Of a DNA stretch of 64,000 nucleotides, positions 33,918 to 46,130 are shown one piece after another. Source of the stretch: Scenedesmus sp. PABB004 (lineage: Eukaryota). Where the stretch lies: positions 1,364,001 through 1,428,000 of the forward strand of contig JABVCE010000005.1 of NCBI GenBank assembly GCA_014905635.1, read 5' to 3'. Below the pieces are notes generated by a model that was not told the origin of the DNA, made no database searches, and worked only from the letters and a program-made list of their open reading frames with translations. The position numbers and the translations under genes are program-made. How positions within the stretch are numbered: position 1 is the first letter of the stretch; each line of letters opens with the position of its first letter.

Positions 33918-34150
33918 CGCGCGGCGGCGAGCCCTGGCGCGGGGCGCGGCGCCGGCGGCGCCATTCCGAGCGCGTGACCCCCTACCCCTGTGACCTCCCA
34001 GCACGGACCCGCCCGCGTCCGCGCCGCGCGCCAGCAGCAGCAGCAGCGCAGCAGCGCCGCCCGCAACCGCCGCGGAGCGCAGCGGCGCCGCCGCGCCGCG
34101 CGGTCGGCCCGGGCTGCCTGTCTCCCGGTGGCAGCGCGTCTGCGTGGGCC

Positions 34151-35989
34151 ATGAGCGGCAGCAGCCATGAGCAAAACGTGGGGCTGGCGCTCGCCATCAG
34201 CAGCAGCGTCTTCATTGGCAGCTCGTTCATAATCAAGAAGCGCGGCCTGCGCGCCGCGGGCACCACCGGCATTCGCGCGGGCGCGGGCGGGTTCAGCTAC
34301 CTGCGCGAGCCCATCTGGTGGGCGGGGCTGCTGTCGATGGTCGTGGGCGAGCTGGCCAACTTTGCGGCCTACGCCTTCGCGCCCGCCATCCTGGTCACGC
34401 CGCTGGGGGCGCTCAGCATCATCATCAGGCGCGGCGGCGGCGCCCCGCGACGAGCGGCCGGCGCGCTGCTGGCTGCGCGCGCACACAGCGCGCGGCCCGG
34501 CCGCGCCGGCGGCCGCGCTGTGCGGCGCCGCCCCGCCGGCGGCGCCGCCGCCGCCGCCGCGCTCGGCGCAGCGCGTGCACACCAGCCGCGTCCTCACCGC
34601 GCCGCACGCCGCGCCGCACGCCGCGCCGCGCGGCCCGCTGTGTGCGCGCGCAGCGCGGTGCTGGCGCACGTGTTCCTCAAGGAGCAGCTCAACATCTTTG
34701 GCATCCTCGGCTGCGTGCTCTGCATCACCGGCTCCATCACCATCGTGCTGCACGCGCCCGCGGAGCGGCCGATCGAGTCGGTCGCGCAGGTCTGGAGCCT
34801 CGCGATGCAGCCAGGTGCGCGGCGGGGGGTGCCACCGCCGCGCCCGCGCGCGAGCGCGCACTCGCACTCGCGCACCCGCGCGCGAGCCGCACCGCCGCCG
34901 TGCCTCCCCGCCAGGCTTCCTGCTGTACTCGATCGTCGCGGCGGGCCTGATGCTGTACCTCATCTTCTGGGTGGCGCCCGTCCACGGCGGCGACAACGTG
35001 CTCGTCTTCCTCGGCATCTGCTCCCTCGCCGGCTCCTTCACCGTCACGAGCTGCAAGGCGCTCGGCGTCGCGCTGAAGCTCACGTTCCAGGGCGACAACC
35101 AGCTCGGCTACGTGCAGTTCTACTTCTTCCTCGTGGTGCGGCGCCGGCGCCGCGGCGGTGCAGCGGCAGCGCAGCGGCAGCGCAGCGGCAGCGCGGCGGC
35201 GCGGCGGCGCGGCGGCGCGGCGCGCGGTCGGGTGCGGCGGCGGCAGCGCACCGGGCGAGCGCGCCGCGCCGCTGCGCGCAGGTCGTGGTGTCGTGCCTGC
35301 TGACGCAGATGAACTACCTCAACAAGTCGCTCGACCTCTTCAACACCGCGATTGTGAGCCCAATCTACTACGTCATGTTCACGCTGCTCACGATTGTGGC
35401 CTCGGTCATCATGTTCCAGGCGCGCGCGGCCCCAGCACGGCGCGGCGGCCGGCGCGCGGCGGTCAACGCGCGGCGCGGGGCTCGCTGCTGCTGCGCCGCG
35501 CCGGCCCGCCGACGTGGGCGCGGCGCGGGCGCCGCGGCCGCCGCCGCGCAGGACGAGCAGACGCGCGTGCAGATGGCGACGCAGGGCTGCGGCTTTGTCA
35601 CGATCGTGGGCGGCACGTTCCTGCTGCACTCGACGAAGGACCTCGACCTCAGCGGCGTGCACCTCGAGGAGATGGTGCGCAGCAGCAGCAGCGCCGCCGC
35701 CGCCGCGCACGACGCGGCGAGCGGCGGCAGCATGCCCGCGCTCGGCGGCGCCGGCGTGCGGGAGCGGCGGCCGGGCGGCGCGGCGGGCGGGCTGGAGCTG
35801 GGGGTCAAGCAGGGCGGCGGCGCGGGGCTGGAGGTGCTCGTCGACGGCACCGACAAGAGCAGCGGCGGCGGCGGCGGCAACGAGGAGCAGCACCCGCTGC
35901 TCACGGCGGGCAGCAACGGCACCAGCGCGAGCAGCTCCACGCTTGGAGCTCGCAAGGCGCCGCGGCCGTCGGGATTCTTTGGCTTGTGA
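34151..35989 (+). CDS. NIPA: NIPA-family magnesium transporter, 5 exons
   Basis: [98 protein letters not shown]. Confidence 0.96.
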   Translation: MSGSSHEQNVGLALAISSSVFIGSSFIIKKRGLRAAGTTGIRAGAGGFSYLREPIWWAGLLSMVVGELANFAAYAFAPAILVTPLGALSIIIRRGGGAPRRAAGALLAARAHSARPGRAGGRAVRRRPAGGAAAAAALGAARAHQPRPHRAARRAARRAARPAVCARSAVLAHVFLKEQLNIFGILGCVLCITGSITIVLHAPAERPIESVAQVWSLAMQPGARRGVPPPRPRASAHSHSRTRARAAPPPCLPARLPAVLDRRGGPDAVPHLLGGARPRRRQRARLPRHLLPRRLLHRHELQGARRRAEAHVPGRQPARLRAVLLLPRGAAPAPRRCSGSAAAAQRQRGGAAARRRGARSGAAAAAHRASAPRRCAQVVVSCLLTQMNYLNKSLDLFNTAIVSPIYYVMFTLLTIVASVIMFQARAAPARRGGRRAAVNARRGARCCCAAPARRRGRGAGAAAAAAQDEQTRVQMATQGCGFVTIVGGTFLLHSTKDLDLSGVHLEEMVRSSSSAAAAAHDAASGGSMPALGGAGVRERRPGGAAGGLELGVKQGGGAGLEVLVDGTDKSSGGGGGNEEQHPLLTAGSNGTSASSSTLGARKAPRPSGFFGL

Positions 35990-36059
35990 CCTGCAGGTGT
36001 CCGCAGCTGCGCGTCACGTTACCCCGCTCTGCCACGTGCGCGTGCTCCCGCGCCCAGAT

Positions 36060-36594
36060 TCAGCTTGCCGCCGCGTCCTGCACCACGATCAGCACGTACT
36101 CGCCCTCTGCGCGCGCGGGCGGTCAGGGCGGTTGGGGCGGGGGTGGCGCGTCGCGGACGGGCGCGCCCGCCAGGCGGTGGCCGCGCAGGCTGGCGGCAGC
36201 TGCGCGCGGCACGCAGCGCGCCGCGCGCAGCTCGCCCTCGGGCGCGCTCACTCGGCGCGACCATGATCTCGCGCTTTGCGCTGCGCAGGCGCATGAACTC
36301 CATGTCGTTGAGCGGGTCCAGCTCGCGCACCATGCTGCGCGCGAGCGCGGTGAGGCCCGGCAGCGCCGACGCGTACTCCGCCGTCAGGCGCTCGTCGAGC
36401 GTGCTCTTGTGCACGCAGCCGTCGGCGCCCACGATGAGCACGCCCAGGACACCCTTGTGCGTGGTGAGGCGCTCCAGCGTCTCCGTCACCAGCGCGCTCG
36501 ACTGCGGCCGCGCGGCCGCGCGTGCGCGCGGGCGCAGCGGCGGGGCGCGCCGCGGCGCAGCGCCGTCGCCAGCGCGGCCCGTGCGGCGCACCAT
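36060..36594 (-). CDS. DYNLRB: Dynein light chain roadblock/LC7 family. Exons 36594-36592 (ATG only), 36501-36252, 36106-36060
   Basis: [70 protein letters not shown]. Confidence 0.95.
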
Positions 36595-37022
36595 GGCGGG
36601 CAGCCGGCGGGCGGCGGCGCGCGCTCAGGGCGGGAGGGGGCGCATGGGCTGCCGGCGGGGCGGAGCAGCGAACGGCGGCGGTCAACGCGCTGCCGTTTGG
36701 GCGATCCGCGGGCGAGCGCCGGCACGGTGCTCTGTGTAGCGGCTGTGATGGAGCGCGTAGAGTGAAATCTGGGCTCAGCGGAGCGCCCTGGTCGCACGCC
36801 GAGCGCCGGCGGCGCGGTGAACCCCCGGCGACGGTCGCGTTAAAGGTTTTGCATCCTGCAGGCCCTTGCGCCCGCGCGGGCATCGCGCCCGCGGCACGTC
36901 GCCAGGGCTGGCAGGCGCCGCGCACGCGCACACACGCACACGGCGGCGGCGCGCCACGGCAGCAGCGGCGGCGGGCGCGAGCGCGCGCCGCCCTGCGTGC
37001 CGCTCCATGCGGCGCGGCCGCC

Positions 37023-40000
37023 ATGGCCGCCAGCAGCAGCCGGCTGCAGAAGCTGCTGAAGCTGCTCGAGAGTGCGGCGCCGCGCCGGCGGGCCGCGCGC
37101 GGCAGCGGCAGCGCGACGCCGCCGCGCGCCGCCGCGCCCCCCGCCCACGCCCGGGCGGCATGCCGCAGGCGGGAATGAGGGGCACCGCAAGGCGGCGTCC
37201 CAGCAGATCGTCGAGGTCGCGCGGGCCCACCCCTCGCAGCTCTGCTCCATCTCCCGAAAGGTGGGGCCCGTGCGCACGTGGGGCGCGGTCCCAGCAGCCC
37301 GGCAGGGCACCCGGACGTAGAACCGCCCGCCGAGCGTCGCGTCGACGCGGGCGGCGGCGCCCTGGGCCGTGCCGCGCCGCGCCCGCCGCTGCCGACGCCG
37401 CTGCTGCTGCTGCGCCGGCCGCGCCGCCGGCCGCCAGGTGCACGCGCTGCTGTACCATGCCTCCTGGGACGCGCGCGTGGTCGCGGCGGCCACGCTCGGC
37501 GGCCTGGCGGAGGCGTTCCCGCACCACAGCGCGACGGACCTCGCGGCCGCGGCGGGCGTCGCGCCGCGCGACGACGGCGAGCTCGCCGGCGCCGCGCTCG
37601 CGGCGTTCGACCTGCAGCGCGTGCTGACCCAGGGCGAGCCGCTGCTGGCGTCGGGGGGCCAGGTGCGGGCGCGCAGGGCGCGCCGGCAGGCAGGCGGCGC
37701 TTGCAGGACGCGGAGCGCGCCCGACGGGGCCGCCGCCGTCGCCGCCGGCAGGAGTTTGACTTCGCAGACAGCTCGCTGCCGCTGGCGGAGCGCGTGGCGA
37801 AGCAGCGGCAGCAGCTTCGCCAGCGCCTGGGTGAGCCGCTCGGCGCTGCGGCGGCGCCGCCGCCGGCGGCGGGCACGCGCGGGCTCGCCTCGCCGATCGC
37901 CCCCCGCTGCCGTGTGGCTCCCCGCCCCGCAGGCCTGGGCAAGGGGCTCGAGGACGTGATGAACACCGACGACCTGGTGGCTGAGGCGGACCTTACCGCA
38001 GCGCTGGAGGAGGCGCCGCAGGCCCCGCACGAGCCGGCGGCCCCCGGCCGCGGCCGCGGCAGCGGCGGGACGCGCGGCCGCGGGCGGGGGCGCGGCCGCG
38101 CCAGCGGCAGCCCCTCGGCGCCAGCGGAGGCGAAGCAGTCGGCCGCGGAGCTGCTGCGCGTAGACAGTCTGAGCGCGCGCGAGCGCAACAAGCTCAAGCG
38201 CAAGGCCAAGGCCCTGCAGCGCGCCGACAGCATGCAGCCCGGCGGTGGCTGCAGCGGCGGCAGGGGCCGGGTGAGCGCTCGCGGCGCGCGCACCGAGGCG
38301 CAGCGGCAGGGGCGGCGGGCGGCGCAGCGGCGGCGCTGCGGCGGCTCTTTTTTCACCGCGCTCGGCGCCCGCAGGTGGCGGAGCTGCTGGCGGAGCGGCT
38401 GGCGAGCCCCAGCAGCAGGGATGGCAGCCCGAGCTCGCCGCTGCGCACGACCGGCTCGGTCGGCGGCGCCAGCAGCGCCGGCATGGGCGCTGCATCGTCA
38501 GCGGCTGCTGCGTCCGGGGCGGTGGCGGGGCTGAGCGAGGAGCAGGCGGCGGAGCAGGACATGGAGGAGGTGCGCCCGCGCTGGGGCCGCGCGGCGGCGC
38601 TCCTCGGGCCGGAGCTGCAGCTGGCGCCCCGGCCCACCCTTGCCTGCCGCCTTTGCCGCAGTGGCGCTGCATTGAGGCTGGCGCGTGGCCCTTTCAGCGC
38701 GTCGCCGACCAGCTGTGCTGCGACATCCTCAGCCCTGTGTGGGGCGTGCGCCACGGCGCGGCCGCGGGTCTGCGCGAGCTGCTGCGCGAGCAGGCGGCGG
38801 CAGCGGGCGTGGAGGCGCCACTGGCAGACGTGCTCTCGGGCTGGGCCTGCCCCGTCGGCGCGGGTGAGTGCCGCGGCGCGGCGGCTGCTGCGTGCTTGCT
38901 CAGCCGGCGGCAGCACGGCACGGCTGACGCCCCCGCGGTGTGTGCTGCACGCCAGGCCTGCGCCAGCTGGGCGAGGTGTCGGCCGAGGCGGCCGAGACGG
39001 CGGCGTCTGCCAACGCGGCGTGGCTGGAGGGCGTGATCACGCACCTGCTCGCGGTGCTGGCGCTGGACCGCTTCGCGGACTTTGTCTCAGACCAGGCGAG
39101 CGCGCGCACCGAGACCCCCCCCCCCCTCCCCTCAGGTTCCAGCTCGGGTGCTGCGCGCCCGGTTGCGTTCGTTCACTCCGTGCACGCGCGCTGCCCGCCG
39201 CCGCCCGCCGCGCCGCGCGGCAGGTCATCGTGCCCGTGCGCGAGACCGCGGCGCAGGCGCTCGGCGCGGCGCTGCAGCCCGCGGGCGCGGCGACGCTGCG
39301 CCGCGTGCTGGAGCTGCTCGCCGGCATGCACCGCCACGCCGAGTGGAGCGTGCGGCACGGGGCAATGACGGGCATCAAATACCTCCTCGCCGCGCGGCCC
39401 GAGGCGGCGGAGCAGCTGCTGCCGGGCGCGCTGCCGGTGCTGGTCGCGGGGCTGCAGGACCGCGACGACAGCGTGCAGGCGGCCGCCGCCGACGCACTCG
39501 CGCCGGTGGCGCCGCTGCTGCTGGCCGCGCCCGACCAGCAGGTGCGGGGCGCGCCTCGCCGCCGCGGCGCGCGCGGCGCAGGCGCCCCGGTCCGAGCCCC
39601 TGCCTCCCTCCGCCAACCGAATACGCACGGCCGCCGCCGCTGCGCCCGGCCAGGCGGTGGTGGCGCAGCTGCGCGGCATCCTGTGGGACTTGCTGGCCGG
39701 CATGGAGGAGGAGCTCTCGGTGGCCACGGCGAGCGCGCTGGCGCTGCTCGCCGCGCTGCACGGCGCGCCCGCGCGGCTGACGGCGGACGCGGCGCTCGCG
39801 GCGCGCCTGCCCGTGCTCTGGCCGTTCCTGGTGCACAGCATCAGCAGCGTGCGGCACGCGGCGGCGACCAGCCTGGAGCGCCTCGCGGCGGCGGCGCCCG
39901 CCGATGCGGCGCCGGGCCCCAGCAGCAGCAGCGGCGGCGGCGGCGCGTGGCTCAAGCCGGTGGTCGGCCCCAGCCTGCGCCTGCTGCTGCAGTGCGTCGT

Positions 40001-43000
40001 CACAGAGCGCGAGCCGCGCGTGCAGGCGGCGCTGCTGCGCGCGTGGAGCGCGCTGCTCTCGCACGGCCGCGCCGGCGACGTGGCGGCGGGGCTCGGGCCG
40101 GATGACCTGCGCTGCATGCTCAACCTGGTGGCCACGCCCTGCGGCACGCCGCTGGACACCGCCACGCTCATCGTGCCGCTGCTGGTGCGCGGGGCGCGGC
40201 GCGCGCGCGCGCCCGGGCTCGCCGGCAGCCGCGGCTCACACACTTCCCTCCACCGCCGCCGCCGTTTGCAGGGCCGCCTGGTGCCCTGGGGCAGCAGCGA
40301 CGTGGTGGAGGCGGGGCTCCTGTGCCAGCGACCCGCCAAGAAGGTCAAGCAGGAGCCCGGCGTCGACGGCGCCGCGCCGTTTGGCGGCCCGGACGCGTCA
40401 GCGGGCGCCGGCGCGTTTGGCGCAGGGCTCGACCCCGAGGCGTGGCCGGGCATGGCCGACCAGGAGGCGGCGGCCAAGGTCCGCCTGCACGCGACGCAGG
40501 CGCTGGGCGAGCTCGCTGCCAAGCTGGAGGGGCAGGAGCCGCCGCTGCTGCCGGGCCTGCTGCTGCAGCAGCTGCAGGCGCTGGCGGCGAGCCCCCGCCT
40601 CGCGGCGGCGCTCACCATCCTGCGCTGGCTGCAGTCGGTTGCGGAGCGCTGCCGCGCGGCTGGTGGCGGCGGCGCCGGCGGCGGGGGTGGCAGCGCGGCC
40701 GCAGCGGCGGGGGACGCGGCAGCAGGCGCTGCCGCCGGCTCCCCCGCCGCCGGCGCCGTCGCGGCGTCCACGGTGGCGCTCGCCGCGGAGATCGCCGCGG
40801 TGGTGCCGGAGCAGCTGCCGGACAGCTGCCTGGCCTACCTCGCCGCGCCGGGGCCGTCCACGCCGTCATACCCGTCGCCTGAGCCGTACGCTGAGCTGGC
40901 GCCGCTGTACGCGCGCATGCGGCGGGAGCTGTTTGCGCTCGTCGCCGCCTGCCTGCAGGTGCGTCGCCGGCGGCGCGGCACGGTCGCTGCCGCCGCGGCG
41001 GACGTCCGCCGCGCACCGCACGACGCCCGCCGCCGCCGCGACCGCTGCCGCGCAGGTGGGCGTGATGCTGCAGCCGCCGGAGGGCGTGCCGCTGGAGCTG
41101 GTGCCGCCGGACGGCTGCCTCGCCATGGCCGCGTCCGTGCCGGTCGAGGCGGACGCCGGCGAAGTGGCGCTGGCCAAGCAGGCGCTGCAGCAGACGGCGG
41201 CGCACCTGCAGGTGCGCGGCCGCGGCTCGGCGGCACGGTGTCCGCCGCGTGCGCGCTGCCTCGCTCACCCCGCGGCCGCGCGCCAGGTGTTTGAGCTGTA
41301 CCTCCACACCTCGGCCTGCCTCGCCCTGGCGTCGGCGGTTGTCGGCAGCGGGCGGCTGCCGGCGAAGCTCAACGCGGTGCTGCAAAACCTCATGGCCGGC
41401 CTGCGCCGCGAGCCGTGCGCGCCGCTGCAGGCCGTCGCGGCGAACGCGCTTGCCGAGCTCATGGCCGGCTGCGCGGCGCGCGCGCCCTGCCCCAACGCCA
41501 AGCTCGTGCGCAACCTCTGCGCCATGGCGTGCGGCGACGCCGCGGAGACGCCCAGCGCCGCAGCGGCGGAGGGCCTCGGGTGCGCGCGCGGCGCGGCGCG
41601 GCGCGGCGCGGCGCGGCGCGGCGCGGTGGCCTGTCGCGCGTGGCGCCGGCCCGCCGCCCGCTGGCGCCGAACTGCCGCGGCCGCCGCCGCTGCCGTGCGC
41701 GCAGACCCGAGGAGGATGTGCTCGCCGCGCGCCTGCTGTCCAACGCCGAGGCCAGCACCAGCGCGCCGGGCGGTGGCGGCGGCCGCGGCGCGGCCGCGGC
41801 GTCGCAGCAGGCGGCCGCGGCGCTGCCGCCCGACCCCGCCGCCACCACGGCGCGCCTGGGCGCGGAGGCCGCGCTGCGCGCGCTCGCGCAGCGCTTCGGC
41901 GGCGAGCTGTTTGCCACGCTGCCGGAGCTGTGGCAGCAGATGGCGAGCGCGCTGGCAGACGGCGGCGGCGGCGGCGGCGCCGCCGCGCCCGGCGGCGACC
42001 CGCAGGCCCTCGTGCATGCGATGCAGGTGCGGCGCGGCGCGGCGCATGCTGCGCGGCGCGCGGACGCGCTCGCCGACGCCCGCTCGCCCGCTCGCCCGCT
42101 CTTCCCCCAGGTGGTCAAGGTGGTGGTGCCCGCGCTGCACGCCAGCCTCGTGCCGCAGGGCCACTCGCTCCTGCCCGCGCTGTGCGGCTGCCTGCGCCAT
42201 GCCAACGCGGCGGTGCGGCTCGCCGCGGCGCGCTGCCTCGCGGCGCTCGCGGGCGCGGCGCCCGAGGCGGTGCTGCCGCCGCTGCTGGCGCGCGCGGTGC
42301 CGCTGCTGGGCGGCACGCACCCCGTGCCGTGCCGCCTCGGCGCGGTGGAGGTCGTGTCGACGCTGGTGGCGGCGCTGCAGCGCCAGCTCGTGCCCTACAC
42401 CGTGCTGCTGGTCGTGCCGCTGCTGCGGCGCATGGGCGACGCGGTGCCGGCGGTGCGCCGCAAGGCGGCGCTCTGCTTCGGCGCGCTCACGGGCCTGCTG
42501 CCCCTGGCGCAGGGCCTGCCGCTGCCGGCGGGCCTCGACGCGGCGCAGCGCGCCGCCGCCGAGGCGGACGGCGCCTTCCTCACGCAGCTGCTGGACAACC
42601 GGCGCGTCGAGGACTACGAGCTGCCCGTCACGCTCAAGGCGCGCCGCGCCGCACTGCCGCGCCGCGGCGCCGCGCCGCCCGCAGCCCACGCAAGCCCTCG
42701 CCGCCGCGCGGGGTTCGCCGGCCCGCGCCCACGCAAGCCCCCGCCGCGCGTGGCCCGCCCGCGCCCACGCAAGCCCCCGCCGCGCGTGGCCCGCCCGCGC
42801 CCACACAACCCCCGCCGCCCGCCGCGCGCCGCAGGTCACGCTGCGGCGATACCAGCAGGAGGGCGTCAACTGGCTCGCCTTCCTGCGCCGCTTTGGGCTG
42901 AGCGGCGTGCTCGCCGACGACATGGGCCTCGGCAAGACGCTGCAGGCGACCGCGATCATGGCCGCCAGCGCCGCCGAGCGCGCCGCGGCGGCGGCGGCAG

Positions 43001-45166
43001 CGGCGTCCGGCGCCGGCGCGGGCGCGGGCGCGGCGCCGGTGGCGCTGCCGTCGCTTGTGGTGTGCCCGTCCACGCTCGTGGGCCACTGGGCGCACGAGAT
43101 CGGCAAGTATGTTGACCCGGGCGTGCTGCGCCCGCTGGCCATCGCGGGCGCGCCGGGCGAGCGCGCCGCGGCGGCGCGGCGCCTGTGCGGCGGCGGGCCC
43201 GGGGCGCCCAACGTCGCGGTCATCAGCTACGAGGCGCTGCGCGCCGACGCTGACTGGGCGGCGCGGGTGGGCTGGGATTACGTCATCCTCGACGAGGGCC
43301 ACGTCATACGCAGCCCCAAGAGCAAGCTCGCGCAGGCGCGGCGCCGGCGCTCGCGCCGCGCTGCAGCGCGCAGCCGCCTGCGCGCCCGCTGACGCGCGCG
43401 CGCCGCGCCCGCCGACGCCGCGCAGGCGGTGAAGCGGCTGGCCGCGCAGCACCGGCTCGTGCTGAGCGGCACGCCGATCCAGAACAGCGCGCTGGAGCTG
43501 TGGAGCCTCTTCGACTTCCTCATGCCCGGCTTCCTCGGAGGCGCGCGCACCGCCGCGCCGCGCCGCTCGCCGCAGCCCGGCGCCGCATGCAGACGGGCCT
43601 CTCATGCGTCCGGCCCGGGGCCCCGCGCGCCCGCCCCGCGGCTCACGCGCCCACCGGCCCGCCCGCGCCGCCGCCACGCCGCGCCGCCGCCGCCCCGCGC
43701 AGGCGAGCGCGAGTTCAACGCCCGATACGGCCGCGTCGTCGCGGCGGCGCGCTACAGCAAGCGCGGCAGCCGCGAGGCCGCGGCGGGCACGCTCGCGCTC
43801 GAGGGTCTGCACAAGCAGGTCACGCCGTTTGTGCTGCGCCGCACCAAGGGCCAGGTGCTGACCGACCTGCCGCCCAAGATCGTGACAGACGTGCTCTGCA
43901 CCCTCAGCCCCATCCAGCGCCGCCTGTACGAGGACTTTGCCGCGAGCCAGGCGCTCAGCGACGTCGGCGCCGCGCTCAAGGCGGCCGGCGGCGGCGCCGA
44001 CGGCGCCGGCGGCGGCGGCGGCGCGGGGCAGGCGCACGTCTTCACCGCGTTGATGTACCTCCGCAAGCTGTGCAGCCACCCGCTGCTCGCGCTCGACTGG
44101 GGCGTGCCCGCGCACCGCGAGGCGTGCGCGTCGCTGCTCGGCGCGGGCAGCCAGGCCGCGGCCGAGGCGGCGCTGCGCGGGCTGGAGCACGCGCCCAAGC
44201 TGCTCGCGCTGCAGGACATCCTGGTGCAGTGCGGCCTCGTCGCGCCCGAGGCCGCGCTCGGCGGCGGCCGCGGCGGCGGCGGCGCCGACGGCGGCGCGCG
44301 CGACGCGGGCGACGAGCTCGGCGACGCCGCGCCGTCGGGCGACAGCGGGCACCGGCTGCTCGTGTTTGCGCAGCTCAAGGGCATGCTGGACCTCGCCGAG
44401 TCGCTCGTGCTGCGCCCGCTGGGCGTGTCGAGCCTGCGCATCGACGGCAGCGTCGACGCGGCGGCGCGCTTTGGCGTCGCGCAGCGCTTCAACGCCGACC
44501 CCACCGTCCAGGTGCTGCTCCTCACCACGCACGTCGGCGGGCTCGGCCTCAACCTCACCTCCGCCGACACCGTGGTCTTCCTGGAGCACGACTGGAACCC
44601 GATGAAGGACCTGCAGGCGCGCCGCGCCGCGCCGCGCAGCGGCCGGGCAGCCGGGGCGGCTGCGGCCGCCGTGGCCATGCCCCCGCGCGCCCGCCCGCGC
44701 GCCGCCCACGCGAGTGCCGCGCGGCGCCGCGCAGGCCATGGACCGCGCGCACCGCATCGGCCAGGCGCGCACGGTGAACGTGTACCGCCTGCTCATGGCC
44801 GACACGCTCGAGCAGCGCATCATGAGCCTGCAGGCCTTCAAGCTCGACGTCGCCGCGGCGGTCGTCAACGCCGACAACGCGTCCATGGCGGCGATGGACA
44901 CGGGGCAGCTGCTCGACCTCTTCGCCGCGCCCTCCGCGGCCGCGGCCGCGGCCGAGGCCGCCGGCGGCGCGGGCGCCGGCGGCGCGGGCGGCGACGCGGC
45001 CGCGGCCGCCGCCGCCGCGGCGGGCAAGCGGCAGGGCGCGCTCGCGGCGATGCTCGAGGGCATGGGCGAGCTGTGGGACGAGGGCCAGTACTCGGCCGAG
45101 TTTGACATGGCCGGCTTCATGGCGAAGCTCGCGCGGCGCAAGGACCCGCCGCCGCCGCAGGGCTGA
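37023..45166 (+). CDS. BTAF1: TATA-binding protein-associated factor BTAF1/MOT1 (HEAT repeats plus SNF2 ATPase), about 20 exons
   Basis: [158 protein letters not shown]. Confidence 0.97.
42677..42822. repeat. ~36-bp intronic minisatellite in BTAF1
   Basis: Unit GCCCGCGCCCACGCAAGCCCCCGCCGCGCGTGGCCC at 42721 and 42757, with degenerate copies at about 42677 and 42793. Confidence 0.85.
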
Positions 45167-45315
45167 GCGGGGAGGCGGAAGGGGCGGGGCAGGGATGCGT
45201 GTGACCTGCGTGACCGGGAGGGCTTGCTGTCCGTCGTTGGTCGGTGCACGCGCGGCGAATGCGCCGGCGGCGGCGATCGGGCGCTGGTGACTGGTGACTC
45301 CCTGCTCGCGCTGCT

Positions 45316-45802
45316 CCGGAAGCGGCGGCGGGGCGCCAGGGTCGCGATGCCGAGGCCCCGGCATGCCCGAGCCCGGCGGCGCGGCGCTGGGCCCCCCGCG
45401 GCCGATCGCGGCGCGTCAGCGCGCGGATCGCGGCCGCCCGCGCCCCTCGGTGCCCGCTCGACACTCCGGCGAGGGCTGGCGGGGGAGCTGTTGCCGCCGC
45501 TGGGCCCGCACCTCGCCAGGCACGCCTGGTAGACCTTGCGCGGGCAGTTGCACACGCTCGCGATGTCGCCGCCCTCGAGGCATATCCAGCACACCTCGTC
45601 CGCCGTGTCGGCCGTCGCACAGGGGTCGAGCTCCATGCCGCTGGAGCAGCAACGACCGCGGCGAGGAGGTCCCGGCGGCCCGGCGCGCGGAGATCGGCGC
45701 GTGAATGGCGACTGCACGCGTGACGCCGCGCGGTCGCGGGCGCCCAATGGGCGGCGGCGCCGCGACTGTTGAAATGGGGTTCGGCGGCCGACGCTGACAC
45801 AA
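45316..45802 (-). pseudogene. Truncated duplicate of the 5' end of the RING-variant gene (5' region, exon 1 at 45636-45512, part of intron 1)
   Basis: Near-identical to 49875-50366. Exons 2-4 are missing and the His codon CAC is changed to TAC (KVHQ to KVYQ). Confidence 0.85.
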
Positions 45803-46130
45803 AGGTGGACCGAGCGGGCAGTTGCACACGCTCGTCCGCCGCGTCCGCCGACAGGCGTCACTCGCCGCGGCAGCGGCGGTGCAGCGGTGCGCGCCTTCTC
45901 CTGCTCTGGCACCGCCGGCGTGCAATCACGCGTTCTCTGGTCAGTCGTCCTAGCACGTCGCCGCGCCGGCGCGCGGTCGCAGCAGGCCGCAGGGCCCGGC
46001 CGGGCATTGCGGAGCTGCGCCTCACCGCCCGTCCGGCGAGCGCGCCCCGGCTGCTGGCACCAGCGATTACTCACCCAGCGCCTGCGATCACCGCGCCCGC
46101 CGCCGCGCGTCACCGGGCCGCGGAGCAGCA

